Made by a program: the position numbers and the translations under genes
The notes under the pieces: generated by a model
Told to the model about the DNA's origin: nothing
Databases searched by the model: none
Seen by the model: only the letters and a program-made list of their open reading frames with translations
From: Candidatus Oxydemutatoraceae bacterium
GTDB lineage: Bacteria > Pseudomonadota > Gammaproteobacteria > Poriferisulfidales > Oxydemutatoraceae
Direction of reading: 5' to 3'
Length of the DNA: 64,000 bases
Assembly (NCBI GenBank): GCA_965219575.1
Contig: OZ244779.1
Span: forward strand, 96,001-160,000
In this document: piece after piece, positions 1 through 10,268 of the stretch
Layout: the number at the start of each line of letters is the position of its first letter
Numbering within the stretch: the first letter of the stretch is position 1

Positions 1-1374
1 GATAAAACCGCCAATGTTTTCGCTTCTTTGGCGTACTTGTACCATACCGATTGCATAACTATTTGTAATACTACCACCGAGAGCGTGTCCGATAAAACCG
101 CCCACTCTCCTTATTCCTGTAACACTTCCGGTTGCGTAGCTGTCGTCAAAATCAATGGCTCCAATAGCCCCACCCAAAAAACCGCCCACTCTCCTTATTC
201 CTGTAACACTTCCGGTTGCATGGCTTTTATCAATCCTTCCACCTTTTTCATTGATAAGACCTACTAGGCCACCTACCCCTATCGCTATGCCTGTTGCGAC
301 CACCTCACCATGAGCAGAACTATTCTCAATGTGTATAATATCGGCATTACCAACTAATCCACCTACCCAGTATTCCCCTTCCACCGTCCCGGTGGCATGA
401 CTGTTAACAATTCTCCACGCTCTATCTGAAAAACTATCTAATGCTGTCCCAACCCTACCTATTAGTCCACCTACGCTAATAGCTCCGGTAACATTCCCGA
501 CTGCACGACTATTAATGATTTGACCGGTTCTGAAAAAAGTTTCGGCAGTCGTTCCGACTAACCCACCTACCTCCGCAACTCCCGATACGGTGTTGAATGC
601 TTGACTATTTTTAATTGTGGAATAAGTGCTACCTACTAAACCACCCACTTTATCGCCTGTTCCTATCACAACGCCGGTTGCAGAACTGTTCTCAAGAACG
701 GGAGATGCAAGAGATGTAAAACTATTATAACCAACCAGTGCACCTATCCGAGAAACACCTCTTATACTGCCGCTAACATAGCTATTTCTAATTTTTCCGG
801 GCTCGTTACGAGCAACCAAAGCCCCTACTCTTGATTTCCCCTGAATATTCACATCCAGTAGCCGAATATCCTTAATTTCCCCCCCGACACCATTAACAGC
901 AAATAGACCGACATTATCGCTATTAGGCCTATTGATCGTCAAATTTCGGATAGCATAACCATTACCTTCAAACGTACTATCCTGGACTATATTCCCACTC
1001 CCGAAAGGTGCTACAACACTCCCGATCGGTAGCCAACCCGAACCTACCACCCAATCCGTGCGAATTACTCCACTGCGATAACTGTTAGCATCTAGAAAAT
1101 CTAAACCTCTCATCAGCTCATAACCCCTACAACGATTACCGGGACAACCTGCGGTGATCTTCTCTGCCGACTCGTTAGCTTTATAACCGGTGCCGTCCAG
1201 TTGATAACGGATGACATTCAGCCCCTCCAAATCGCAAATATCTATTAACCCATCGTTATCCTTGTCTATATCGGTCAAAGAACAAGGAGATAAAGGCAAT
1301 GTCTGTGCCGCGGCAAACTGCCATGGCATAGCACAAAGAAAAAATGCCAATAGAATAAATATTTTGTGTGCCAA
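1..1374 (-). CDS. Secreted GLUG-repeat surface protein, 5' part (runs off the left edge)
   Basis: Not in the ORF track; partly translated by hand on the minus strand. It has a signal peptide (LAHKIFILLAFFLCAMPWQFAAA-QT), then DIDKDNDGLIDICDLEGLNVIRYQLDGTG...CRGYELMRGLDF, then GLUG-like repeats (NSHATGTVEGEYWVGGLVG; SHATGSVTGIRRVGGF with an 84-bp period at 97-225). The TTG start is tentative. Confidence 0.85.
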   Translation of the reverse strand, partial: MAHKIFILLAFFLCAMPWQFAAAQTLPLSPCSLTDIDKDNDGLIDICDLEGLNVIRYQLDGTGYKANESAEKITAGCPGNRCRGYELMRGLDFLDANSYRSGVIRTDWVVGSGWLPIGSVVAPFGSGNIVQDSTFEGNGYAIRNLTINRPNSDNVGLFAVNGVGGEIKDIRLLDVNIQGKSRVGALVARNEPGKIRNSYVSGSIRGVSRIGALVGYNSFTSLASPVLENSSATGVVIGTGDKVGGLVGSTYSTIKNSQAFNTVSGVAEVGGLVGTTAETFFRTGQIINSRAVGNVTGAISVGGLIGRVGTALDSFSDRAWRIVNSHATGTVEGEYWVGGLVGNADIIHIENSSAHGEVVATGIAIGVGGLVGLINEKGGRIDKSHATGSVTGIRRVGGFLGGAIGAIDFDDSYATGSVTGIRRVGGFIGHALGGSITNSYAIGMVQVRQRSENIGGFI

Positions 1375-1398
1375 TTTTTTAATGGCTGCCGTGCTTGT

Positions 1399-4092
1399 TT
1401 ATGGTGGCGGACGATTTGAGACAGCCGTGTGCATGCGGTATAACACAACTATCGCAAGCAATAAGAGTAGCAACAACGGATAACCCACAAAACCACCACT
1501 GCTACTGCTACTACGATTCTCCGCTTCTCTCATCTCACTCTCCGACAAAAGGTTCTCGTCGCTGACCGTGAACTCATAATACCCTCTACCCCCCTCGGCA
1601 TGGGCAACCGATGCTAAATAATCACCCGCTCTAGGGGCAATCCATTCAATGCTCGATACATCGCTGCCACGATAACGCTCACTTCGCTCTATTAAACTCG
1701 TCCCGTCAGGCTCGTATAAGCTCAAATCCGTCGCCATTCGGGTATTATCGTAGCCCATTAAATTACTCGTCTGTAGATAATAGCTTTCACCCTCGCGCAT
1801 CGTATTAAACACATACCAATTCACCTGGCCGGCACGCTCGATTGAACTTTTATCCAAATACGGTATGCTCGTAATCGTCGTCGGTTGAACCGACAACGGC
1901 GGTGGCATCAGCTTCTCTTCGGTATTCACCACATCTACTTGGTCATAAACAACCCGCTCAAATATCGGGGCCTGTTGCGGCACCGTCGGCACATTGAAAA
2001 TTGCAGAGTCGCCCGGTGACAGCACCGGATGATATAACAAACTCGTATCGTCCAACAATGCATGACCGTCAAGGTTGCTTACGGTCACCTTAATCTCGCA
2101 TATCCCGTCTTGAGAATAATCCGCCAACATCGCCGAATACAAACCGTCGGCGGCAGTCTCATCCGGCGCATTGCCGTCGTCGGTCAATACAACAGACATC
2201 GTAGAATCATCCGGCATCGTAATATCCGCCTTCACATCGGCACGGGTTATCGGCAACCCACCGGCGACATTGACCAAAATCGGGATAGGCTCGGGATAGG
2301 TGACCACCTCGCTCGGAACCTCCTGAACGATAATTTCCGCACCGGCATTGATGCCGACAACGATATCGCTACGCACCGCCGCCTCATACGCAAAGTTTCC
2401 GGTACCGGTAATCCGCACTTCCCATATACCCGGTGTCGGGGAACCGATATAATAGATTGCTTGTGTATCGCTTTCTAAATAACGCACCCCGTCGGTTGCT
2501 AAGTTGTCGGCATATGCTTGATCTATAATCACACCGGTCGGGTCTTGTAGCGTAAAGCTGTCAAAGTAAGCATCATCATCCCACCTCAAAATAAAACTTG
2601 CCGACTCGGTCATCTCCGATATGACCGTATCGGTCGTCACCACATCCTCAAAGAAGCGATTATGCAACGATACCGATTTTGCCAACTGGGCATTGCGGAT
2701 TAACGACTCATTCCTGAATACACTAGGCAAAAAGCTAGGCAGTCTTTGTGAGTCTACTTCCATCTTGAATCGGTTCCTCGTCTTTAGCGTGGCATCCTGC
2801 AAAACCACCCGACCCTCGGTATCCAGTTCCACCGTGTAGACCGATATGCCGTTGTCCTTAAAATACCCGTAGTCCGACTGTTCGGTCTCGCCGTCGGAAA
2901 TGATGACCAGTGCGCGATGACCGTCGCTCGCTACATTCGCAAAAAGTGTCTGTGCCTCCGCCAAAGCCGCTTCATAGTCGGTGCCACCGTCGGCAACCAA
3001 TGAATCAATCACCGACTGGATCATCCTCAGGTTTTCTATAGCATCCAATCGGCTCGGCATCACTTCGGTTCTGGCAATGTCGTCAAAACCGATAATTCCC
3101 AGTTCTATCGGAGGAGCCTCTGCATAGAGTACCTCTACTACATCTTTGGTAGCTTGTTTTGCCACTGCCAATCGTTGATTATCCCCCATACTCGCAGAAT
3201 GATCCATCATCATAACAACGGTGCCGGTACTTGAAACCCAATCGATTGTCGGCGGCGTGCAGGTATAAGAGTCGAATAGCCGATCAAAATCCGGCAAACC
3301 GACACCTGCTTGGAATAAATGGTCTTGTCTCGGGAAACGTGCGTTCAGTTGGTCTGCCCTAATACGATCAAGGTAGGCCGGTTGTATAAGGACTTCCCAT
3401 GCCGATTTCCCGTAACAATCTGATTGCACAGTGATGATATTTCCTTCCTTCGGATAATCTCCGGGATGACTAAACCTACGAAAATCTTTGTTTATTACCC
3501 CCATTAGAGTAGGCAGTTCATTATGCAATGTCACAGTTATTTGGCATGAAGCCGCCAAGGCAAAAGTATATTCATCGTATAGAGACCATAGACTATGGCC
3601 TAGTTCGTGGGCCATAACCAGACCACCAACATTCGGGATATGATGAATAAGTCGTTCAATAGACGGTTTCCCATAAGTAAACCCTCCTAGAGCGGCATTT
3701 GATATTCCTGGAGAATTACGGTAAGTGACATCGGCAGGACGTCCATCCGTATAAATAGAAACTCTGCGTATCCTTGAATTAGCCACAGAGGATTGACACC
3801 AAGAATTCGCAAATTGTCTAATCTCTTCGTTTACAGCATCTCTGTTCTCGCCTTCCCACTCCGAAGGATCAGCTGGACGCATTGAATACGAAATATCACA
3901 TTCTACAATTTTACCCTGATTGTTGTTCACAACCTCGCATTGCGAGTAAACCGGGCTAGCCCATAAACTCAAAAAGATCAAAACAAGCAGGGAAAGTTGC
4001 TTATCGTGGGAGTGAAACTGTACACCTGCTCCCCCCAACAACATTTTTTTGATGTAAGACTTATAATAACATCCGTTGTAGTGTTCTAACAT
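1399..4092 (-). CDS. CLCA-like secreted protein: HExxH metalloprotease + VWA + beta-sandwich domains + GlyGly-CTERM anchor
   Basis: AHELGHSLWSLYDEY zinc motif; VWA MIDAS DHSASM...GGTDY...ISDG; DDGNAPDETAADGLYSA; C-terminal SSSSSGG followed by a hydrophobic helix and basic residues. Start uncertain. Confidence 0.8.
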   Translation of the reverse strand: MLEHYNGCYYKSYIKKMLLGGAGVQFHSHDKQLSLLVLIFLSLWASPVYSQCEVVNNNQGKIVECDISYSMRPADPSEWEGENRDAVNEEIRQFANSWCQSSVANSRIRRVSIYTDGRPADVTYRNSPGISNAALGGFTYGKPSIERLIHHIPNVGGLVMAHELGHSLWSLYDEYTFALAASCQITVTLHNELPTLMGVINKDFRRFSHPGDYPKEGNIITVQSDCYGKSAWEVLIQPAYLDRIRADQLNARFPRQDHLFQAGVGLPDFDRLFDSYTCTPPTIDWVSSTGTVVMMMDHSASMGDNQRLAVAKQATKDVVEVLYAEAPPIELGIIGFDDIARTEVMPSRLDAIENLRMIQSVIDSLVADGGTDYEAALAEAQTLFANVASDGHRALVIISDGETEQSDYGYFKDNGISVYTVELDTEGRVVLQDATLKTRNRFKMEVDSQRLPSFLPSVFRNESLIRNAQLAKSVSLHNRFFEDVVTTDTVISEMTESASFILRWDDDAYFDSFTLQDPTGVIIDQAYADNLATDGVRYLESDTQAIYYIGSPTPGIWEVRITGTGNFAYEAAVRSDIVVGINAGAEIIVQEVPSEVVTYPEPIPILVNVAGGLPITRADVKADITMPDDSTMSVVLTDDGNAPDETAADGLYSAMLADYSQDGICEIKVTVSNLDGHALLDDTSLLYHPVLSPGDSAIFNVPTVPQQAPIFERVVYDQVDVVNTEEKLMPPPLSVQPTTITSIPYLDKSSIERAGQVNWYVFNTMREGESYYLQTSNLMGYDNTRMATDLSLYEPDGTSLIERSERYRGSDVSSIEWIAPRAGDYLASVAHAEGGRGYYEFTVSDENLLSESEMREAENRSSSSSGGFVGYPLLLLLLLAIVVLYRMHTAVSNRPPP

Positions 4093-4238
4093 TTTATAAC
4101 TCTATATGACTTCATAATAATATTATAAGCAAAAACAGTGTCGCAACTGCAAGTTTTATGTAACTCACCGAAATAAGTATCATTTATTGGAGAGGGCCTT
4201 CTAAAAATACTTTGGTGCGAATTCCTAAGCAGCGGACG

Positions 4239-4426
4239 ACCGGTACCGTCCGGTTGATAGCGAATGGCATTCAATCGCTCCAAGTCGCAAATATCGATCA
4301 GTTATCGTTATCCTTGTCTATATCGGTCAACGAACAAAGGGATAACGGCGATGTCTGCGTCGTGGCAAACTGCCACGGCATAGCAAACAACACAAATATC
4401 TATAGGATAAGTATTTTGTATGTCAA
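4239..4426 (-). pseudogene. Degenerate duplicate of the 5' end of the GLUG protein gene (1186-1374)
   Basis: Aligns by eye with 1186-1380. It has an in-frame TAG at 4400-4402, a 1-nt deletion near DNDG, and ends after RYQPDGTG. Confidence 0.8.
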
Positions 4427-4444
4427 TTTTTGACAACCCTCGCT

Positions 4445-4864
4445 TCAATCTTTTTCTATATCAATGATGCGCCCCGATGTTTTGCATCTAAAACGGGAAA
4501 CCCGTCTAACATTCAAATACGGCATCAAATATCTGATAATGAAAAAACGGCGTGTCAACGGCAACAAACACAAAAGACCGACAGCATCGGTGAAAAATCC
4601 GGGTGCGATCAATAACAATCCGCCTACCAAACATAAGAAACTCTCTGCCAACGCTATCTCCGGCGGCTCGCCTCGGGCTACGGTTTCTCTAAATCTTCTC
4701 ATCGTTGCAAATCCTTGATTTTGCAACACTAAAATACCGATGAGCGCAGTGATGAATATCAGGGCGATCACCGTTAATGCGCCGATTTCGGCACCGATGA
4801 CGATGAACAAATAAATCTCAAGCAGAGGGAGGACAATAAAAATAATTCCGAGTGATAAACGCAT
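4445..4864 (-). CDS. fxsA: FxsA family membrane protein
   Basis: PLLEIYLFIVIG...GGLLLIAPGFFTDAVGLL; divergent from cutA-dsbD. Start trimmed to ATG 4864. Confidence 0.9.
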   Translation of the reverse strand: MRLSLGIIFIVLPLLEIYLFIVIGAEIGALTVIALIFITALIGILVLQNQGFATMRRFRETVARGEPPEIALAESFLCLVGGLLLIAPGFFTDAVGLLCLLPLTRRFFIIRYLMPYLNVRRVSRFRCKTSGRIIDIEKD

Positions 4865-4908
4865 GACGTTACAATATAATAAATCGTGAAAATTAGCTAG
4901 GAATATAA

Positions 4909-5223
4909 ATGGACAACTTAATTTCTTTGGTGCAAAGCAGTATAGATAAATACGAACAAGCAGAGCGTATTGCCGACACACTGATAGAGGAGAAACTTTG
5001 TGCGTGTATTCATATTGTAGGACCTATGACTTCTATTTATCGCTGGGACGGGCGCGTCGTCAACGACCAAGAATATCTGCTCAGTGCTAAAACGGCGCGG
5101 GCTAAAGTCTCGGCATGCAAAACTCGTTTGATGCAACTGCATACTTATGATTTACCGGAAATCATCGTTCTGCACATAGATGACGCAAGCGAGGATTATG
5201 CAAAGTGGGTTTGCAATCAATGA
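4909..5223 (+). CDS. cutA: Divalent-cation tolerance protein CutA
   Basis: LCACIHI...SIYRWDG...LHTYDLPEII; lies upstream of dsbD. Confidence 0.92.
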   Translation: MDNLISLVQSSIDKYEQAERIADTLIEEKLCACIHIVGPMTSIYRWDGRVVNDQEYLLSAKTARAKVSACKTRLMQLHTYDLPEIIVLHIDDASEDYAKWVCNQ

Positions 5224-7025
5224 TGTCTTGCATTAGAAATCTGTTGGTGCTTTGCTTGCTTGTATCGGCAGATGCCGTGTTTGCGCAGAACTCTGTCATC
5301 GTCCAACAACAGGATGAATTCCTGCCACCCGACGAAGCGTTTGCGTTGCGTGTCGAGCGTATCTCTTCCGAGCGTTATGTCGCACAGTGGCGGATTGCGC
5401 CCGAATACTATATTTACCGAGATAAAACAACCATTGTCGAGCAGGATGGCAATCGTCCGAGCCAATACCAAATGCCGGCAGGCGAGATACTGGAGGATCC
5501 CTTCTTCGGTAAAACCGAAGTCTATCGCGATGTGCTTTCGGTGCCGTTTATAGCTCAAGGCGAGGCGGTGACACTCTCTTATCAAGGTTGTGCCGATGCC
5601 GGGTTGTGCTACCCCGTGCAAACCAAACAATTCCTACTCGCCGATGCCACACCGGTCGGCGGCGCAACGATGAGTGACGGTGGCGGCGGTAGCGCACAAA
5701 AATCCGAACAGCAGTCGCTTGCCGACTACTTGCGTGATACTAAGCTATGGCTTGCGGCAATTGCTTTCTTCGGCATGGGGTTGCTATTGGCATTTACACC
5801 CTGCGTGTTGCCTATGGTGCCGATTCTTTCTATGGTTATCACTATGGCAAAACAAAGCGCATCACCACACAAAGCATTCACCTTGTCTCTCGTCTATGTG
5901 TTGTCTATGGCAATCACATTTAGTATCGCCGGTATTGCGGTTGCACTATACGGGCAAAATATACAGGCGTGGTTCCAAAGACCCATGGTACTGGTGCCGT
6001 TCGCCGCAGTCTTCGTATTGCTCGCATTGGCGATGTTCGGTACTTATGAACTCAGGCTACCGGTATCGCTGCAAACCCGCTTAAGTCAAGTCGGTCAAAA
6101 CCGGCAAGGTAGCCTATACGGTGCTGCAACAATGGGGCTTTTATCTTCTCTGGTCGTTAGCCCGTGTGTGACCCCGCCGCTAATCGGCGCATTGTTATTC
6201 GTCGCCCAAAGCGGTGACATCGCAACCGGCGGTGTCGCCTTGCTCTTTCTAGGCCTAGGAATGGGGGCACCGCTTTTATTGGTAGGCACTTCGCTGTCGA
6301 AGTTAATGCCCAAACCCGGACCCGCATTGGACATATTCAAAAACATATTCGGCTTTATTATGCTGGGTTTTGCGATATGGCTTCTAGACCGCATCGCCAC
6401 CGGTTATGCGACGATGCTGTTGGCAGGCATACTACTACTTTCCTTCGCCGTCTATCTGATGAACTTAAAACTTGCCACCCCACCGGCACGGTTGTCTGTG
6501 ATAATGATTACGCTTGTCGCGACTCTTTACGGAACGCTATGGTCGGTGAATGCAATTGTCGGGAGAAGCAGTCTATGGCTGCAACCTTGGATGATACAGG
6601 CGGACAACCTACACGCATCCGAAACACCCCATCGCTTTGTGCGCTACACCGCACTAGCAGAGGTGCGCGAGGCGATTACTCAAGCGGAAGCAGTAGAAAA
6701 ACCCGCAATACTCATCTTTTATGCCGACTGGTGTATCAGTTGCAAAGAACTTGAAAATTTCACTTTCGCAAACTCTTCGGTGCAACAAGCAATGAACGAC
6801 TTTTCGGTCTTTGAAGCCGATGTGACCATACCCGATGCGAATAGCGAAGAGATGCTCAAGCAATTCGGCTTGTTCGGACCGCCGGCCATTTTGTTTTTCG
6901 ACACCAGAGGCGAAGAAATTCCGCAAATGCGCATCGTCGGTTTTATCGGTGCCGATTCCTTCGTAGAACATCTAGGAGACGCGCGCAAACTAAGCCACCG
7001 CATTACAGATAAAACAAATACCTAA
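5205..7025 (+). CDS. dsbD: Protein-disulfide reductase DsbD
   Basis: FLPPDEAF, QGCADAGLCYP, FTPCVLPMVP, SPCVTPPL, thioredoxin motif YADWCISCK. Confidence 0.95.
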   Translation: MGLQSMMSCIRNLLVLCLLVSADAVFAQNSVIVQQQDEFLPPDEAFALRVERISSERYVAQWRIAPEYYIYRDKTTIVEQDGNRPSQYQMPAGEILEDPFFGKTEVYRDVLSVPFIAQGEAVTLSYQGCADAGLCYPVQTKQFLLADATPVGGATMSDGGGGSAQKSEQQSLADYLRDTKLWLAAIAFFGMGLLLAFTPCVLPMVPILSMVITMAKQSASPHKAFTLSLVYVLSMAITFSIAGIAVALYGQNIQAWFQRPMVLVPFAAVFVLLALAMFGTYELRLPVSLQTRLSQVGQNRQGSLYGAATMGLLSSLVVSPCVTPPLIGALLFVAQSGDIATGGVALLFLGLGMGAPLLLVGTSLSKLMPKPGPALDIFKNIFGFIMLGFAIWLLDRIATGYATMLLAGILLLSFAVYLMNLKLATPPARLSVIMITLVATLYGTLWSVNAIVGRSSLWLQPWMIQADNLHASETPHRFVRYTALAEVREAITQAEAVEKPAILIFYADWCISCKELENFTFANSSVQQAMNDFSVFEADVTIPDANSEEMLKQFGLFGPPAILFFDTRGEEIPQMRIVGFIGADSFVEHLGDARKLSHRITDKTNT

Positions 7026-7030
7026 AAACG

Positions 7031-7600
7031 ATGACCATCCGCAGCCGTCTCATACTGATCACTGCACTACTATCCGCTGCAATCGGTGCTTTTACCGCCT
7101 TTTATATAAACTACTACCTTTTGCCCGAAGCTACGACGGCAACAGACCATCCGTTGATCGGCACCGCGCGTCCCGATTTCAGTCTTTACGATCTAGATGA
7201 AAACTATACCTCGGTTTCAACTTGGGACGGAAAAATTGTGCTACTAAATTTTTGGGCAGCGTGGTGTCCACCGTGTCGCCGAGAAATTCCGGTATTTAAC
7301 GAAGTCCGTGAATTTTTCCACGACGACGGCTTTGAGGTCGTCGGCATTGCGATTGACGAAAAAGAAAAAGTCTTGGAGTTTCTGGAATCTATGCCTCAAG
7401 TGCGGTATCCCCAACTGATCGGCTACGACGACGCTTTGACGATTGCATCGGTGCTCGGCAACCAATCGGGCGGACTCCCGTACAGCGTGATACTCGATCG
7501 GCAAGGCACGATCCGCTATATCAAAGCCGGTGAACTCGACAAGCAAACACTCATCTCGCAGATTGAACCGTTGCTCGCCTTGATTGCCGGCAAAGACTAG
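7031..7600 (+). CDS. TlpA/ResA family thioredoxin-like disulfide reductase
   Basis: N-terminal TM helix; LNFWAAWCPPCRREIP. Confidence 0.9.
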   Translation: MTIRSRLILITALLSAAIGAFTAFYINYYLLPEATTATDHPLIGTARPDFSLYDLDENYTSVSTWDGKIVLLNFWAAWCPPCRREIPVFNEVREFFHDDGFEVVGIAIDEKEKVLEFLESMPQVRYPQLIGYDDALTIASVLGNQSGGLPYSVILDRQGTIRYIKAGELDKQTLISQIEPLLALIAGKD

Positions 7601-7696
7601 CATTGAGTTAATACATTCCCCTCCTTCGGAGGGGTGGCCCATGCATGTTGCAATGCATGCGTTTAGCAGTCATGTTGAGGTTCTGAACAAAGTCAC

Positions 7697-7723
7697 GCCG
7701 ATTGAGCCGTTAGGTCAATCGGC
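7697..7723. repeat. Hairpin repeat family C (GCCGATTGA-N9-TCAATCGGC)
   Basis: Other copies at 23212-23238, 27257-27283, 31674-31700, 51076-51102, and an expanded copy at 59439-59553. Confidence 0.8.
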
Positions 7724-7730
7724 AACTCTG

Positions 7731-7898
7731 ATGTCCGCCCGTAACAACGCGTTTGCCGGCACGATTTATACATTTATTAATCCAGTTTATGGAAACCAAA
7801 ACCACATGGCGCAAGCGATTACAGCTGTGCAGAACGACACTTTAGGGCGGACATACAAGTCCGCCCCTACGGTTCGTGGATACTTTTTCAACAAGCCC
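7731..7898. mobile_element. Partial copy of the modular MITE (family A)
   Basis: Core GCACGATTTATACATT...TGGAAACCAAAACC, a REP hairpin GGGCGGAC..GTCCGCCCCTAC, and one TIR (TTTTTCAACAAGCCC). Confidence 0.75.
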
Positions 7899-7912
7899 GA
7901 ATGATTTGCGTC

Positions 7913-10195
7913 CTAGCGGAGGGCACCCTCTAGAAATACTTTTACATTCACCCGAATGGTCGTCAAAGAGATACCCTCCGTCTCAACCTTCTCGGGATAT
8001 CCTTGTCCGTCGGTATAGCTTAATCCGGCACGAAATATCCTACTGCCGTCTTTCGAAGTAAAGGTTTCGCCACCCTCCAACTCAATTTCAGGTCCCGATA
8101 TGATGTACTGCGGCGCAGTCGCCCCGGCAATATTCTTCCAATCATCGTCCGTAGCACAACGCCCCTCATCCTCCGTACACACTTGCCACTGATACATCGC
8201 ATTTTCATCGGGACCACCGTCGGGGTCGGTGGATATTATCGTCGCCGTTAGGGTCACCGCACTGCTTCCTATCTCTACCGAGTCTTCTATGGTCGCCCGA
8301 CCGTTATTTATCTTTCTCACCGACAACATCACCATCCTTGCCGTAGAGAAAGTGCTGTCGCTTACTTCCACCCTCAGAACGAGCGTCGTGCTCGTCAATG
8401 CAGCGGCTACAAAGTCCGGAGGAATACGCAATAGTGCCGTGTCTCTATCGGTATTATCCAATGCCTCGGTGTCTCCGCTCCAGCGATATGTCAAGTAATC
8501 GTTGTTCATATTGATTACCTGCACGCTAATGCTTTGCGTCGAACCTTCGTCTATCGTCGTCATCGGTACGGTAATACCGGCAATAATCGGCGGCGTGTCC
8601 TCTTCGTCTACTCTGACATTCAGCAAGACCGGTTCGGATCGTGCATTATCACGACCGCTATCGTCCGTTGCCACCAATCTCAGTTGTGTCACCGATGTCG
8701 CAACCGCAGCCGAGATTCTAATTCTTAGGTCAAACATGTTTACGGTATCATCGCTCGGAGGCACCTGTACGCTTGTAGTTATTAAATCCTCTCCGTCTAT
8801 ATCTAAGGCACTCCATTCCACGGTGAGTCTATTGCCTATATCTTCATCGTCGTCGGACACCACCATGCGAATTCTGCTTTCTCCCCTTTTGAACAGCGTG
8901 ATTTCGGTGTCGGAGCGCGGAGATATAATTTGCGGTTGTGCGTTCCTTGCGTAGCGTAATATGGTTTCGCATACAGGCTGCTGAGAGGTGCCACAGGCCG
9001 GGGTGTCGCTACCACTACCCGGCGCATATCTGACCACCGGGTATTGCTCGGATGTACCGAAATCCCAGTTTTCCTCGCGCCATAAATAATAAGGTTGGGT
9101 GTTGGAGGTTGCGATATCCGTGTTCGGACTCATCGGGCTTCGCAATTCCTCTGTGGTGAAACCACGGAAATTGCTAACAATACTGGAATCACCCCTAGTT
9201 TGATACGGTAATAGATTTGCCCCCTTCTCCGTATCCCAATAACTATTTTCTATGGTTCCCGATGGATTATGTCTTATTATCGGGTGGTTAACATTCGTAG
9301 ATATGATGTAAAGGGTGTTGGATGTATCTCCTCCGTTTGCTCTTTTTATTATTCCTTGATAATCACGCATCCCTAGAGTTAATTGAAAGGAGCTATCGGA
9401 CAGTTTGCCGTTGCTATCTATTTCGTTTCTGATCAATGCGGCACCACCCCTACCTCGAATTTGTAAGTTGACATCAACATTAGATATTTCACCGTTGTTA
9501 ACATAAATCAAAAGACTCTTTCGTATCGGATTAAATCTCTCGGTTATTTCCCCTCCAATATAGCAGTTTATAATCTCTCCTCTGTTATCGTAAACGAAAT
9601 AAGACTCTGCAAAATTGAGGCGTCTCCCTACCCGCATATTCAAAAAATTCAGGTTGCGGATTTGCCCATTTAAGTCGGCTATAAATCCTAATCGGTTATC
9701 GGTATTATCCGATCTATTTTGAAATAAGTTTGATATGCTGTGACCGTTGCCTTCCAGAATGCTTAAGAAGTCTCCCATATTAGACCAGCCTCCGCCTGTC
9801 GTCCAATCCTCGTTGACCATGCCATTTCTGTAGCTATCGCCGTCCTGAAAATCCAAATCGCGCACGAGTTCGTAACCATTACAGCCATCGGCACGACAAC
9901 CTGTGGTGTCCGGCTGAGTTGCAGGGCTATTGTTAGTGCTATAACCGGTGCCGGTGATTTGATAACGCATGTTAAATAGATCTTCCAAATAACACATCTC
10001 TATCAAGCCGTCGTTGTCGTTGTCTATGTCGGCATCAGCACAGACCGCTTCGGCATTGGGTGAGAATTCACTCCACGAATCACCTATGAACATCGGCTCT
10101 GTTTGAGCCAATGCCGACTGTACAAAAATTGATCCCAAACACAGCAGAATTAACCATTTGCCGAGTCCCACATGAGTTGTGTCTTTATGTGCCAT
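7913..10195 (-). CDS. Secreted surface protein (paralog of the GLUG protein N-domain, Ig/cadherin-like domains, terminal KVFLEGALR)
   Basis: Signal peptide ending SALA-QT; DIDNDNDGLIEMCYLEDL...GCNGYELVRDLDF; NSYWD, WDFGTSEQYP; C-terminal YQWQ...IAGAT...YTDGQG Ig-like domain. The ORF-track start at 10390 lies inside a MITE, so the start was trimmed to ATG 10195. Confidence 0.8.
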   Translation of the reverse strand: MAHKDTTHVGLGKWLILLCLGSIFVQSALAQTEPMFIGDSWSEFSPNAEAVCADADIDNDNDGLIEMCYLEDLFNMRYQITGTGYSTNNSPATQPDTTGCRADGCNGYELVRDLDFQDGDSYRNGMVNEDWTTGGGWSNMGDFLSILEGNGHSISNLFQNRSDNTDNRLGFIADLNGQIRNLNFLNMRVGRRLNFAESYFVYDNRGEIINCYIGGEITERFNPIRKSLLIYVNNGEISNVDVNLQIRGRGGAALIRNEIDSNGKLSDSSFQLTLGMRDYQGIIKRANGGDTSNTLYIISTNVNHPIIRHNPSGTIENSYWDTEKGANLLPYQTRGDSSIVSNFRGFTTEELRSPMSPNTDIATSNTQPYYLWREENWDFGTSEQYPVVRYAPGSGSDTPACGTSQQPVCETILRYARNAQPQIISPRSDTEITLFKRGESRIRMVVSDDDEDIGNRLTVEWSALDIDGEDLITTSVQVPPSDDTVNMFDLRIRISAAVATSVTQLRLVATDDSGRDNARSEPVLLNVRVDEEDTPPIIAGITVPMTTIDEGSTQSISVQVINMNNDYLTYRWSGDTEALDNTDRDTALLRIPPDFVAAALTSTTLVLRVEVSDSTFSTARMVMLSVRKINNGRATIEDSVEIGSSAVTLTATIISTDPDGGPDENAMYQWQVCTEDEGRCATDDDWKNIAGATAPQYIISGPEIELEGGETFTSKDGSRIFRAGLSYTDGQGYPEKVETEGISLTTIRVNVKVFLEGALR

Positions 10196-10268
10196 TTGTA
10201 TGAGATGTTCCGGAATCATTTTTCTATCAACCGTATTATACATAGTCATAACGGGGTGGTGATGGCAG

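Noticed and set aside
28-267. Plus-strand 79-aa ORF with an internal repeat
   Set aside because: Antisense shadow of the GLUG repeats of the minus-strand gene.
1375-1401. Possible read-through fusion of the CLCA-like and GLUG genes (same frame, single TAA)
   Set aside because: The upstream protein ends in a complete GlyGly-CTERM and the downstream one has its own signal peptide; a shared frame has a 1-in-3 chance.
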